Shown here piece after piece: positions 38,913 through 48,881 of a stretch of 64,000 bases of DNA. Numbering within the stretch: position 1 is the first letter of the stretch; each line of letters begins with the position of its first letter. A program made the translations under genes and the position numbers. This stretch comes from an uncultured Methanosarcinaceae archaeon (lineage in GTDB: Archaea > Halobacteriota > Methanosarcinia > Methanosarcinales > Methanosarcinaceae). The stretch is from NCBI GenBank assembly GCA_963721455.1, contig CAVRJG010000003.1:45300-109299 (forward strand), written 5' to 3'. The notes under the pieces are model-generated. The model was given only the letters and a program-made list of their open reading frames with translations, was not told the origin of the DNA and searched no databases.

Positions 38913-39219
38913 TCAAGCCAGCCCCGATAAAGAAACAACAGTTTTAATTGAGTATTTGTTCAAGGCTGGTCTTAAACGTTGATGTTCACGTATTCGGGAT
39001 CTGAAATGGCATTAGGGAGTTAGAAGCATTCGGAACGGATTTATTTAATAAATTCCCTCATATGAAGCCTGCTGGCCTTGATGGTTCAGCTGGTAATAAA
39101 GCAGGTCATTTCTAGAATAATTTTTTGTAAAATGCAAGCAGGCTACAGTAATTATACATCTAAGACTAAAAATAGTAAGTTGAGAAAAACGTTCTTTCCC
39201 AACTTTCAACCTTTGTGGA

Positions 39220-40944
39220 TCATTTTTCTTTATGGATAACAATAGAGCCGCCACCAATGGAAGTTGATGGTTCTGTATCTTCTGCTATCCCAATCTCATT
39301 GTCGTAAATTATATCATTACTTTCTTTATCCCAGATCTTTATTCTGAACTTATCTATGCCATCTCCTTTGATCGCACCATCAACAGCACTCAACATGAAA
39401 CCATAGTTTCCTTTTCCATTGATAGTTCCAGTACCTTTGTACTTAGCCTGTGATCCGGCAACGACAAGCCAATCATAGCTAGTCGACTTGAAGTTCAGGC
39501 TTGCAACCTTGAACTGGAATTCTGTCTTTCCAGTTGGTACTGTGGCGCCTTTCTCATACTTAGAAACGAATCCGAATGTTGCTTTGCCTGCGAGGGTACT
39601 ATCTGGAGCATAAGCACCTGCAGGCGAGTTGATCCAGCCGCCGCCGGTTACGAAACCGCCTTCAGGATCGTACACGACAACATAATTGGGTGCTTCTTTT
39701 ATCTCAGATCTACCATCAGCATCTGTTACTGTGAAGTTGATGGTATAGATGCCTACGGAACTATACACATGAGAAGATTCAAACTGGGACGAAACTTGAG
39801 ACTGTGATGTATTTCCATCTCCCCAATCCCATTCGCCAGTAAATGCGTCCAAACTTCCCGGTGTAACAAATGCACTGGCCTTTATATTGGTACCTACAGG
39901 TATTGGTTCAAGAGGAGTGATAATCAAGCTGACAGTAGGAAGAGCAACTATAAACTGGCCCCAAGCACAAGGAAAGCCTCCTATAAACACGCTGTCTGTA
40001 ACAGTGTTTGTGGCTGTGTCAATTACAGAGACACTACTGTTTTCGTAACGCGCCACATATACCTTTTTCCCATCAGGAGAGACCGCAATTCCTTCAGGAG
40101 TATTTCGTACAATCACTATGGCTGTAACAGTGTTTGTGGCTGTGTCAATTACAGAGACAGTGCCGTTTATAGTATCAGGTTTGTTTTTATTCCCCACATA
40201 TACTTTTGTTCCCGCTGGATTGACTGCAACTCCAAAAGGAGATCTGTCTACACGCACTGTCCCTGTAACAGTGTTTGTGGCTGTATCAATTACAGAAACA
40301 TCGGAACTGTTCATGTTCGTCACATATACTCTTGTTCCATCAGGCATGATTGCGATTCCATGAGGACTGGCTCCTACGCTTACTGTCTCTGTAACAGTAT
40401 TTGTGGCAGTGTCAATTATGGAGACGGTATCATCGTCGCTGTTAGCCACATATACCTTTGTTCCATCCGGAGTGACTGCAACTCCAAAGGGACCACTTCC
40501 TACGTTCACCCTAGATGTAACTGTGTTTCTTGCTGTGTCAATTACAGAGACGGTATTGGTGCCGTAGCTAGCCACATATACCTTTGCTCCAGCCGGGTTG
40601 ATTGCAATTCCGTAAGGTACGCCTCCTACATTCACGCTGGCTGTAACAGTGTTTGTTGCTGTTTCAATTACATAGACAGTGTTGCTGTAAATGCTCGTTA
40701 CATATACTTTTGTTCCCTCTGGATTCCCCACAACTCCATAAGAATCACTTCCAACATTCACACTGGCTGTAACATTATTTGTTGCGGTGTCAATTACAGA
40801 GACAATGTTGCTACCTGCATTGGTAATATATGTATATGGAGACGCGCCTACTACGCTCACCATTATTAAAAGCGCCAGCGCCGTCATTCCTATAAACTGT
40901 ATTAGGACGTGTACTCTAGTATCATCTGATGTTGTTTTTTTCAA
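39220..40944 (-). CDS. Cell-surface protein: YVTN beta-propeller, PKD, conserved C-terminal domain
   Basis: Seven VSVIDTATNTVT-type blades, WDWGDG PKD motif. Confidence 0.9.
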   Translation of the reverse strand: MKKTTSDDTRVHVLIQFIGMTALALLIMVSVVGASPYTYITNAGSNIVSVIDTATNNVTASVNVGSDSYGVVGNPEGTKVYVTSIYSNTVYVIETATNTVTASVNVGGVPYGIAINPAGAKVYVASYGTNTVSVIDTARNTVTSRVNVGSGPFGVAVTPDGTKVYVANSDDDTVSIIDTATNTVTETVSVGASPHGIAIMPDGTRVYVTNMNSSDVSVIDTATNTVTGTVRVDRSPFGVAVNPAGTKVYVGNKNKPDTINGTVSVIDTATNTVTAIVIVRNTPEGIAVSPDGKKVYVARYENSSVSVIDTATNTVTDSVFIGGFPCAWGQFIVALPTVSLIITPLEPIPVGTNIKASAFVTPGSLDAFTGEWDWGDGNTSQSQVSSQFESSHVYSSVGIYTINFTVTDADGRSEIKEAPNYVVVYDPEGGFVTGGGWINSPAGAYAPDSTLAGKATFGFVSKYEKGATVPTGKTEFQFKVASLNFKSTSYDWLVVAGSQAKYKGTGTINGKGNYGFMLSAVDGAIKGDGIDKFRIKIWDKESNDIIYDNEIGIAEDTEPSTSIGGGSIVIHKEK

Positions 40945-41215
40945 TTTAAGCCTCCTGCAATATCAAATCGATACAAATCAACTAATTTTATGTAGGCTGA
41001 GCAGTTACCAACAATCTGAAAGACGGAAAAACTTGATTGATTCGAGAAATAACTTTCCATTTCTTTTAGGCTTGAACTTTTTTATATTATTACAACTTCT
41101 GTAACAGTTTCTGTAAAAAATTAAGCGGGCAGGATACAGTAATTATACGTATAAGATTATAAAATAGAAAATTGAGGAAGAGAATGATTCCTCAATTTTT
41201 TAACCATCTTAAGGA

Positions 41216-43363
41216 TCATTTTTCTTTATGGATAACAATAGAGCCGCCACCAATAGAAGTTGATGGTTCTGTATCTTCTGCTATCCCAATCTCGTTGTCG
41301 TAAATTATTTTATCATTACTTTCTTTATCCCAGATCTTTATTCTAAACTTATCTGTGCCATCTCCTTTGATCGCACCATCAACAGCACTCAACATGAAAC
41401 CATAGTTTCCTGCACCGTTGATAGTTCCAGTACCTTTGTACTTAGCCTGTGATCCGGCAACGACAAGCCAATCATAGCTAGTCGACTTGAAGTTCAGGTC
41501 TGCAACCTTGAACTGGAACTCTGTATTACCAGTTGGTACTGTGGCGCCTTTCTCATACTTAGAAACGAATCCGAATGTTGCTTTGCCTGTCAGGGTATTA
41601 TCCGGCACATACGCACCCGCAGGCGAGTTGATCCAGCCACCGCCTGTTACAAAACCGCCTTCAGGATCGTACACGACAACATAATTTTCTGCCGCCACAC
41701 TGGCACTTCCAATATCATTATCCGTAACAATGAGAGTTACCCAATACACTCCAGCATTTGTATATACATGCTCGCCTGTTACCGTGCCTGCACCGTTTGC
41801 TTCACTAACAGCGCCTGGTGAACTTGTACCGTCTCCCCAGTCCCATACCCCATTATGTGTATCTACGGTACCTGCGTCAGTGAATGTGCAACTGGTTGTA
41901 ATTTGCGTGTTAATTAAAAGCGGATCAATGGGAGATACAATTTTACCGGCAGCTGGATTCACATTGTTCACGGTTACAGAAAGTGTATCGGTCCCAACTC
42001 CACCGTCATCATCAGTGACAGTAAGAGTGACAGTATAAGTTCCATTTTTGGCATAGGCATGGGTCGGAGTGAGCGTGTCGGATGCGTTTGACCCATCTCC
42101 AAAGTCCCATCCGATAGTGTGGGTATCAGCAGATCCGACATCAGTGTAACTTCCCGAGAAACTCACGGTATCTCCTTCGTTGACAGTCTGGTCATTGCCT
42201 GCTTCAACAACAGGATTCACGTTATTTATTGTTACAGCAAGTGTATCGGTCCCAACTCCACCACTATTATCAGTTACAGTAAGAGTTACAGTATAAGTTC
42301 CATTTTTGGCATAGGCATGGGTCGGAGTGAGCGTGTCGGATGCGGTTGACCCATCTCCAAAGTCCCATCCGATAGTGTGGGTATCAGCAGATCCGACATC
42401 AGTGTAACTTCCCGAGAAACTCACGGTATCTCCTTCGTTGACAGTCTGGTCATTGCCTGCTTCAACAACAGGATTTGCATTACTTATTGTTACAGTAGCT
42501 GTATCAGTGCTAGTAAGTTCTCCGTCACTGACTTCAAGTTTTACACTTCCGCTCCAATCATCAGTCCAAGTATGAGCAGTTGCTGGATCATTTGACCATT
42601 CAGTATCCCATGTTCCATCATTCTCAAGATCCCATCTGTACTGCAGAGTATCTCCGTCCGGGTCATTTGACAGGCTTGCATCAAAAGTCACAGGAGAGCC
42701 TTCATTTGCCTGGTAAGGTCCACCTGCATCGGCTACTGGGGGCTGGTTAGTATTCACGTATTCATAAACTTCGAATTCGTATATCCATCCATGTTCTATT
42801 CGTGTACCATTAATGTTATTTTGGGAATTATCGAAAGAATATCTCACTTTACTGCCCGTAACAGATCCAAAAGTAAGAGTATCAGCATATCCAGCATTCG
42901 GCTGGTAAGTGAGATTTAGATCTCTTTGAAAATTGATAGATTTCCAAGTTGAACCATCCCAGTATTGTAGACTGACGTCTTTAGGGATATGTATGTAGGT
43001 GTGATGCCATATTATCACTTCATTAAAAGTGCGATCTTCACCAAAATTTATAGTTGCCTGTCTTACTCCAGGTACTCCATAATTTCCTCCAGTAAAAGCT
43101 AAGCCATGGTACCATTCTGGATAATCACGGAGTCCATCGACAATTTCCCACTGATCCGAGCCACCTCCCCAACCTTGGTCTGATTCCAGAGGGCTGGGGT
43201 ATCCAGATCTACTTGGGTTAAGAGCAATATTTGTTTGCAAAGAAGACTCATCTGTTGCTGCACTTACTGATGGGTTCATACTAACAATCAGAACCGCGCA
43301 GACTAATAAAAACAAAAATTTTTTTATCCGTTTCATCTTATTTTCCTCTTTCCAATTTGACAA
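41216..43363 (-). CDS. Cell-surface protein: discoidin/galactose-binding-like N-domain, four PKD-like domains, same C-terminal domain
   Basis: Signal peptide, TNIALN...IYEFEVY, WDLENDG/WDFGDG/WDWGDG; likely start 43336. Confidence 0.85.
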   Translation of the reverse strand: MSNWKEENKMKRIKKFLFLLVCAVLIVSMNPSVSAATDESSLQTNIALNPSRSGYPSPLESDQGWGGGSDQWEIVDGLRDYPEWYHGLAFTGGNYGVPGVRQATINFGEDRTFNEVIIWHHTYIHIPKDVSLQYWDGSTWKSINFQRDLNLTYQPNAGYADTLTFGSVTGSKVRYSFDNSQNNINGTRIEHGWIYEFEVYEYVNTNQPPVADAGGPYQANEGSPVTFDASLSNDPDGDTLQYRWDLENDGTWDTEWSNDPATAHTWTDDWSGSVKLEVSDGELTSTDTATVTISNANPVVEAGNDQTVNEGDTVSFSGSYTDVGSADTHTIGWDFGDGSTASDTLTPTHAYAKNGTYTVTLTVTDNSGGVGTDTLAVTINNVNPVVEAGNDQTVNEGDTVSFSGSYTDVGSADTHTIGWDFGDGSNASDTLTPTHAYAKNGTYTVTLTVTDDDGGVGTDTLSVTVNNVNPAAGKIVSPIDPLLINTQITTSCTFTDAGTVDTHNGVWDWGDGTSSPGAVSEANGAGTVTGEHVYTNAGVYWVTLIVTDNDIGSASVAAENYVVVYDPEGGFVTGGGWINSPAGAYVPDNTLTGKATFGFVSKYEKGATVPTGNTEFQFKVADLNFKSTSYDWLVVAGSQAKYKGTGTINGAGNYGFMLSAVDGAIKGDGTDKFRIKIWDKESNDKIIYDNEIGIAEDTEPSTSIGGGSIVIHKEK
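41981..42475. repeat. 258-bp near-identical intragenic PKD duplication
   Basis: GTGTATCGGTCCCAACTCCACC at 41983 and 42241, with identity continuing through the unit. Confidence 0.9.
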
Positions 43364-43716
43364 TAGTTATTTACCTGTCATTTTGTACAGATCTTCCAAC
43401 TATCGGGATTGTTTTAAAACTAGCTTCAACTTCTCTGAACCGAAATTTCATCGGAGAGAAATCGTGGTCGACAAAACAAAACATGGTCGACAAAAATAAA
43501 TGGAATATCGGGTTGTGGGCAAAAAAATAAAATACCATAATTTTGAAGCCAACTTACATAATAAATTGAAGATAATGTATATATACTTTAGTTTTTATTT
43601 TAGAAACTGTTTAAAAAATATAAATAATGGGGTTACATTTTGTAAAGAGTATGCTTTTCCACAGGTCAGGTCAACCTTATCAGGATATTAACTAAAATCT
43701 GAATTAATTTCTTTTC

Positions 43717-43847
43717 GAGCTGATCCCAAAACCAATTTTATTTCCAAATCAGTAAAGCTTCAGAACTATGTTTTTCACGATCAGAAACTCGATTGAAATT
43801 TGGACTACGAGATTCAGAGAAGCAATTTTGAATTTTGGGATCAGCTC
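43717..43847. mobile_element. 131-bp MITE
   Basis: Perfect 15-bp TIR GAGCTGATCCCAAAA; 3-bp TSD TTC. Confidence 0.85.
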
Positions 43848-44108
43848 TTCAAATATTGGAAGAACCTCAAAAAGGATATATTTCAAGAAATCATGCATTT
43901 TAGCATGTATAAATATCTTGACATTGTAACATTAACTCATTTTTGCAGGTTACGCAACCTATTTCCACCCAAATTTCACCATTTTGAAAATTTTTACCTT
44001 ACTATTTTTGTTTCTTCTGTTTTCGTCTTAATCAACATTTCCATTAGTACTTTAGGACAGAACTCCTCGTATATCTGTGCAAATCCTTTATATAGTAAGC
44101 TTTCTTCG

Positions 44109-44306
44109 GACTCAGTTCCAAAATCTAGTGATGAACGTAAAATTAAAAATCACTCGATTTTGAAAACGGTCACAATCTTTTGAACGTGACCTATTGATTG
44201 ACGCCGGAGATCTCGAATATTGAGTTTGATTGAAGACTGAATTCTTCTTGGAAATTCAAGATTTCAATCAAAAAATGCAAAAATCACTAGATTTTGGAAC
44301 TGAGTC
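44109..44306. mobile_element. 198-bp MITE
   Basis: Perfect 24-bp TIR GACTCAGTTCCAAAATCTAGTGAT; 8-bp TSD TTTCTTCG. Confidence 0.92.
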
Positions 44307-45096
44307 TTTCTTCGCCAATTTGAATATTTCTTAGAGGCATTTTTTTGGGGGAACCATTAATTACCTTAATTAATGGAAAAAAGAGAAATAATCTTCATTT
44401 TGATAGTGAGTTTAAGGGAACCCTATATCGCTTAAAAGATATTTTTAAAAACAAAACATTATCTCAATAAGTTATATTACCTTGTTTAAATATTGGAAAA
44501 AGCCGAAAGTTTACCTGCCCAATTTTTTGACCCGCCTTCTTCTACGCCTTCCGAAAAGCTCTCAAGGAAAATGCCTTTATTTTCTCGGTCCAGAAACCAG
44601 AAAACAGCCATTGCGGGTAAATCAGATTTTGAGATAAAAATAGTTTCATGCAGCCTTCAGGGATTTCTCTTTTTCGAACCACGGGATTAAGAGACATGAG
44701 CATTTACATAACTCCTGACAATAATCCAGAGAACAAACCAACCAATTGCTGAAATCAAATCGTTTCTGAACTTTGTTTCCATGTGCTTATTTAAGCCCCT
44801 CATCATATTTAATTTTTTTTGTATGTTTAAAAACTAACTGAACTGCCGCCTATCCCCGCAGGAAAACCTCCTGTCTCATACCAGAAATTTCTAATCACGG
44901 CCGCAGGACGATTTTATAAGGCAACTCCAAGTTCGAATAAATAAAAGAATAGTTTGTAAAAACTAACCTATTATGTATATTTATGACAACTGAACTGTCC
45001 AGAACATAATAAAATTAATTATAATGTATTACGAGTAAAAAGATTAAGATATTTTATAAATATCATCGTGATGGACAAAATCCCAGAATATGGCTT

Positions 45097-45776
45097 TATT
45101 TTCCGATTCAATTATTTCAAAAATAAGGACAAACGATCTATCTACGTGATGGACTTTTCAATTTTCAAGACCTTTTTCCAGATGCTTTCTGAGCTCAAAT
45201 GAATACCTCAAAGCTTTGCCCCAAACTTCTTTTCAAATTCTGCCTTTGAAACAGTCCCTTCCTTTTTATTTCATTCAGCCTCTCAAAATACTCTTCTTTA
45301 TACATGGCTATGAGTGTAAAATAAAATCCGATATTATTTCTCAGGCTGCTGCTTCAGAGATGCTGCGGTTGTCACCGGCATACGAATCATAAATGTGCTG
45401 GAAGACTGTATTGCATTTTTCTTCGTAGGTTTTGGTATCGTATGATTTGGGCAGCCTATCAAGTTCCTCTTCGATTTCTTTTTTAACTGCCGCGATTGCC
45501 TGCTGTTTTTTCCGCCAATCCAGAATGAGTTTCTCAGCTTTTAGTGTGGAAAGCAGTTCTCTTGCAACCTTTCTTTACCTGGCTTTTATCTTTTTCGGTT
45601 AGATCAGGTTTTCTTAGCTTGTCAAAGAGGGAGAGTTCTTCCTCGGTTAAATTTTCCATTATTGCTCTCTCATCCTCTTTTTTCAACGCTTTCGCAAATT
45701 CGATCAATTCTTTGTAAGAATGATCTATGTTAGCAGAAGCTGAATTATACACTTCGATCAGTGTTTCGAACTTTTT
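45097..45776 (-). repeat. ~680-bp direct copy of the hsdR 3' end and downstream DNA (48637-49319)
   Basis: Colinear high identity from TTTATTTTCC(G/A)ATTCAATTATTTC to TCAGTGTTTCGAACTTTTT; this copy has small indels. Confidence 0.9.
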
Positions 45777-46662
45777 TATACGCACCATACAGAATAGTCT
45801 CGTTTAACTTAGGGACATTGAAAAGAGACTCGTCGAGTGGGGTATTCTTAGAAGGTGATTCACCACTGCAGTGAATATAAAAAATAGTAGTATAAAACTT
45901 CAAACTATCTAATTCATAATACTTATGGCAGACATGCGAATGTTTGATTTTGATCCTCAAATGCATAAGTCCAAAAATTATTAAGCTATATATTGGATCT
46001 TCAAAAAATAATTCATTTTTTAAGGGTTATTGAGCCTTATTTAGGAAATTAAGTGTGACTTCAGCTATTTCCCAATAAAAAATACATTGTAACGGAATTA
46101 TTTGCGATTCAAAGGGGTAAAAAGTTTTAATTTTAGATTTAAAAGATCTTTAATCCTTATTTTGGATATTTAATTTAGTATAACAAATAACAAAACTGGA
46201 TGCCATAATTATAAATAAATATAATTTGTCAACATATTAAGCTTTTATTCAACTTTATTATTACTTTTAATGATGGATAAAATTTATTTTTCAATATAGA
46301 GAACTATTAGAGTCCATTTTGACCTAAAGAGCCATTTATATACGTATTAGCAAAAATAAACAATTTAACTCCTTTATTTCTACTCTTGTTTTGAAGAAAC
46401 CGATTATTATATCTTTATATATATTTATCTATATTTTTTATACTTCGATTATCAAAACAATATTAATATTAATTTCGGCCTTACATAGCTATTTATTCCC
46501 ATGTCATATGGAATTATATGAAAAACATTTTTTTAAAGCCGGATCTGCTTATTAATAATGAAAACTGGTATTTACAAAATATGACTATCTACGGGAAGTG
46601 AATTGAGAGTACAACAGCTTTAAAATTGTATTAAATTTGGGAATAGTGGGGAATGAGGACAA

Positions 46663-47970
46663 ATGGGAAAACAGACATTTGACAGAATGAAAAAGACAGC
46701 ATGTCTTTTCGTGATAATATTTTTTTCGATATTAGTGTCAACTGCAGCAGCAGAAACCAACTGTAACACAGGGAACGATAGTAACTCAGGGCAGAATACA
46801 GGAACTCCCGAGTATATAGATGCTGGCTCAGGGAACGTATTTAACGATGTCACATTTAACAATGTCACATTTATCAATTCGGTTAATTCACGCAACACAT
46901 TTAATAATGTGACATTTAACAATGTCACATTTCGCAATGAGCAGACTCCAAGGATCATCGTTCACAATCGTCAGAGTTCAGGGAACACCGTTAACGATGA
47001 GCTGAACACAGAGGACACCGCTAACAATGAATCACTCGCCGCGGACACTGCTAACAATGAATCATGCGCAGAAGACACTGCTAACAATGAATCGAGCACA
47101 ACGGACACTGCTAACAATGAATCTGAAGTAGGAAGTACTGAAAATAAGGGAGAGAATGCAGGAAGTACCGCTAACGAAGGAGCTTATGCAGGGGCTACCG
47201 TAAATAATGGAAAGAATTCAGGAAGTACTGTTAATGAAGGAGAGAATGCAGGAAGTACCATAACTAATAATTATGGAAAATACGGAGGAAGCACATTTAA
47301 CCTAGGGCAGTACGCAGGAAGCACTCTTAACAATGGAGAGGGTTCAGGAAGCACCCTTAACAATGGAGATGGCTCAGGAAACACTATTTACAATGGAGAG
47401 GGTGCAGGAAGCGCTATTAACTATGGAGAGGAGGCAGGCCAATATAGTTATGGAAGCAGTATTAACAATGGAGAGGAGGCAGGCCAATATAATTATGTTG
47501 GACCGGGGGCAGGAAGCGCTACTAGCTATGGAGAGGAGGCAGGCCAATATAATTATGTTGGGCCGGGAGCAGGAAGCAGTATTAACAATGGAGTGGATGC
47601 AGGCGACACGAATTATGTTGGGCCGGAAGCAGGAAGCAGTATTAACAATGGAGAGAATGCAGGAAGCACCGTTAACGTGGGAGAGGATGCAGGAAGTACC
47701 GAAAATAATGGAGATCATGCAGGAAGTACCGTAATTAAAGGAGAGGATGCAGGAAGTACCGAAAATAATGGAGATCATGCAGGAAGCACCATAAATAAGG
47801 GAGAGGATGCAGGAAGCACATATAACAATGGAGATAATGTAGGAGCTACTGTAAATAATGGAGATAATTCGGGAAGTAACGAAAATAATGGAGAGAATTC
47901 AGGAAGCACCATAAATAATGGAGAGAATTCAGGGAGTACCATAACCAATAATGTAACCGTAAATAAATGA
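46663..47970 (+). CDS. Secreted Gly/Asn/Ser/Thr-rich repeat protein
   Basis: Signal peptide ending AAA; FNNVT repeats, DTANNES repeats, then >20 ten-residue (N/I)NGE(N/D)AGST-type repeats. Confidence 0.85.
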   Translation: MGKQTFDRMKKTACLFVIIFFSILVSTAAAETNCNTGNDSNSGQNTGTPEYIDAGSGNVFNDVTFNNVTFINSVNSRNTFNNVTFNNVTFRNEQTPRIIVHNRQSSGNTVNDELNTEDTANNESLAADTANNESCAEDTANNESSTTDTANNESEVGSTENKGENAGSTANEGAYAGATVNNGKNSGSTVNEGENAGSTITNNYGKYGGSTFNLGQYAGSTLNNGEGSGSTLNNGDGSGNTIYNGEGAGSAINYGEEAGQYSYGSSINNGEEAGQYNYVGPGAGSATSYGEEAGQYNYVGPGAGSSINNGVDAGDTNYVGPEAGSSINNGENAGSTVNVGEDAGSTENNGDHAGSTVIKGEDAGSTENNGDHAGSTINKGEDAGSTYNNGDNVGATVNNGDNSGSNENNGENSGSTINNGENSGSTITNNVTVNK

Positions 47971-48189
47971 GCAGAACTAAACACAAAACGTAAGTATTCA
48001 GCCTGGGAAAAACGAGGTCAATAGCCATCTTAATTAAGATTCAGTAAGCAAATTTCAGTGAGCTGATTTTCTTAAATTACAGGCTATTGATCATTTTTTT
48101 TCTTTATGGTTTTTGATTGCTTTCTCTTTTTCTCTGGCATACTCTACCCCAAGCTAACAACACGAACTCTGTTAGCTCTCTTCTCTGAA

Positions 48190-48608
48190 AATTTTCAAAA
48201 ACCATCCAGGAAAGCAACGTTTGTCATAAAATGTTGTTTGGCAAGAAGTCGCAGCATCCATATTTCATCAGGGTAACCCAAATCTTTTGGTTTCATACAC
48301 GCAAGTGAGACTAAAAAAGCTCGTGATTCAACGATAATACCTTGATGTCTCTCACTTCTGAATTTGTCTACTAAGCCTTCTTTAACTCCAAAATCTAAAG
48401 TTCTTTTTATCTATTTTCTCACAGTTTTGTAATCTACTTTCAATTCTCTGGAGATTTAAGTATCGTTTTTTCCCTGGTAGCTTAAAAGTATTATCCTGGA
48501 TCTTTCAACAATGCTTGTGGCTTGATTTCTAGAACGACTTAACCTGGTCAGATAATCTAACTCTTTTTGAGTAAACTATAATTTGGGACGACAACTGATA
48601 CGAGGCAC
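48190..48608 (-). pseudogene. IS630-family transposase N-terminal remnant
   Basis: Manual translation with stops: ...LTRLSRSR...ERSRIILLSYQG...ISRELKVD.KTVRK...LACMKPKDLGYP.EIW..RLLA; left boundary approximate. Confidence 0.65.
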
Positions 48609-48881
48609 GAGCTAATTTTATAGAAAACCAATATATTTATTTTCCAATTCAATTATTTCAAAAATAAGGACAAGTGACCTATCTACGTGAGGGACTTTTC
48701 AATTTTCAAGACCTTTTTCAAGACGCTTGCTGAGTTCAAACGAATATCTCAAAGCTTTACTTCGAACTTCTTTTCAAATTCTGCCTTTGAAACAGTCCTT
48801 TCCTTTTTATTTCATTCAGCCTCTCAAAATACTCTTCTTTATACATGGCCATGAGTGTAAAATAAAATCCGATATTATTTC

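Noticed and set aside
47333-47778. Repetitive alternate-frame ORFs (MERMQEA..., TASCILS...)
   Set aside because: By-products of the 30-bp repeats in the 46663-47970 gene.
48660-48855. Possible remnant of another TA pair downstream of hsdR
   Set aside because: Only short frameshifted peptides (EEYFERLNEIK, VSKAEFEKKFEV); too degraded to call.
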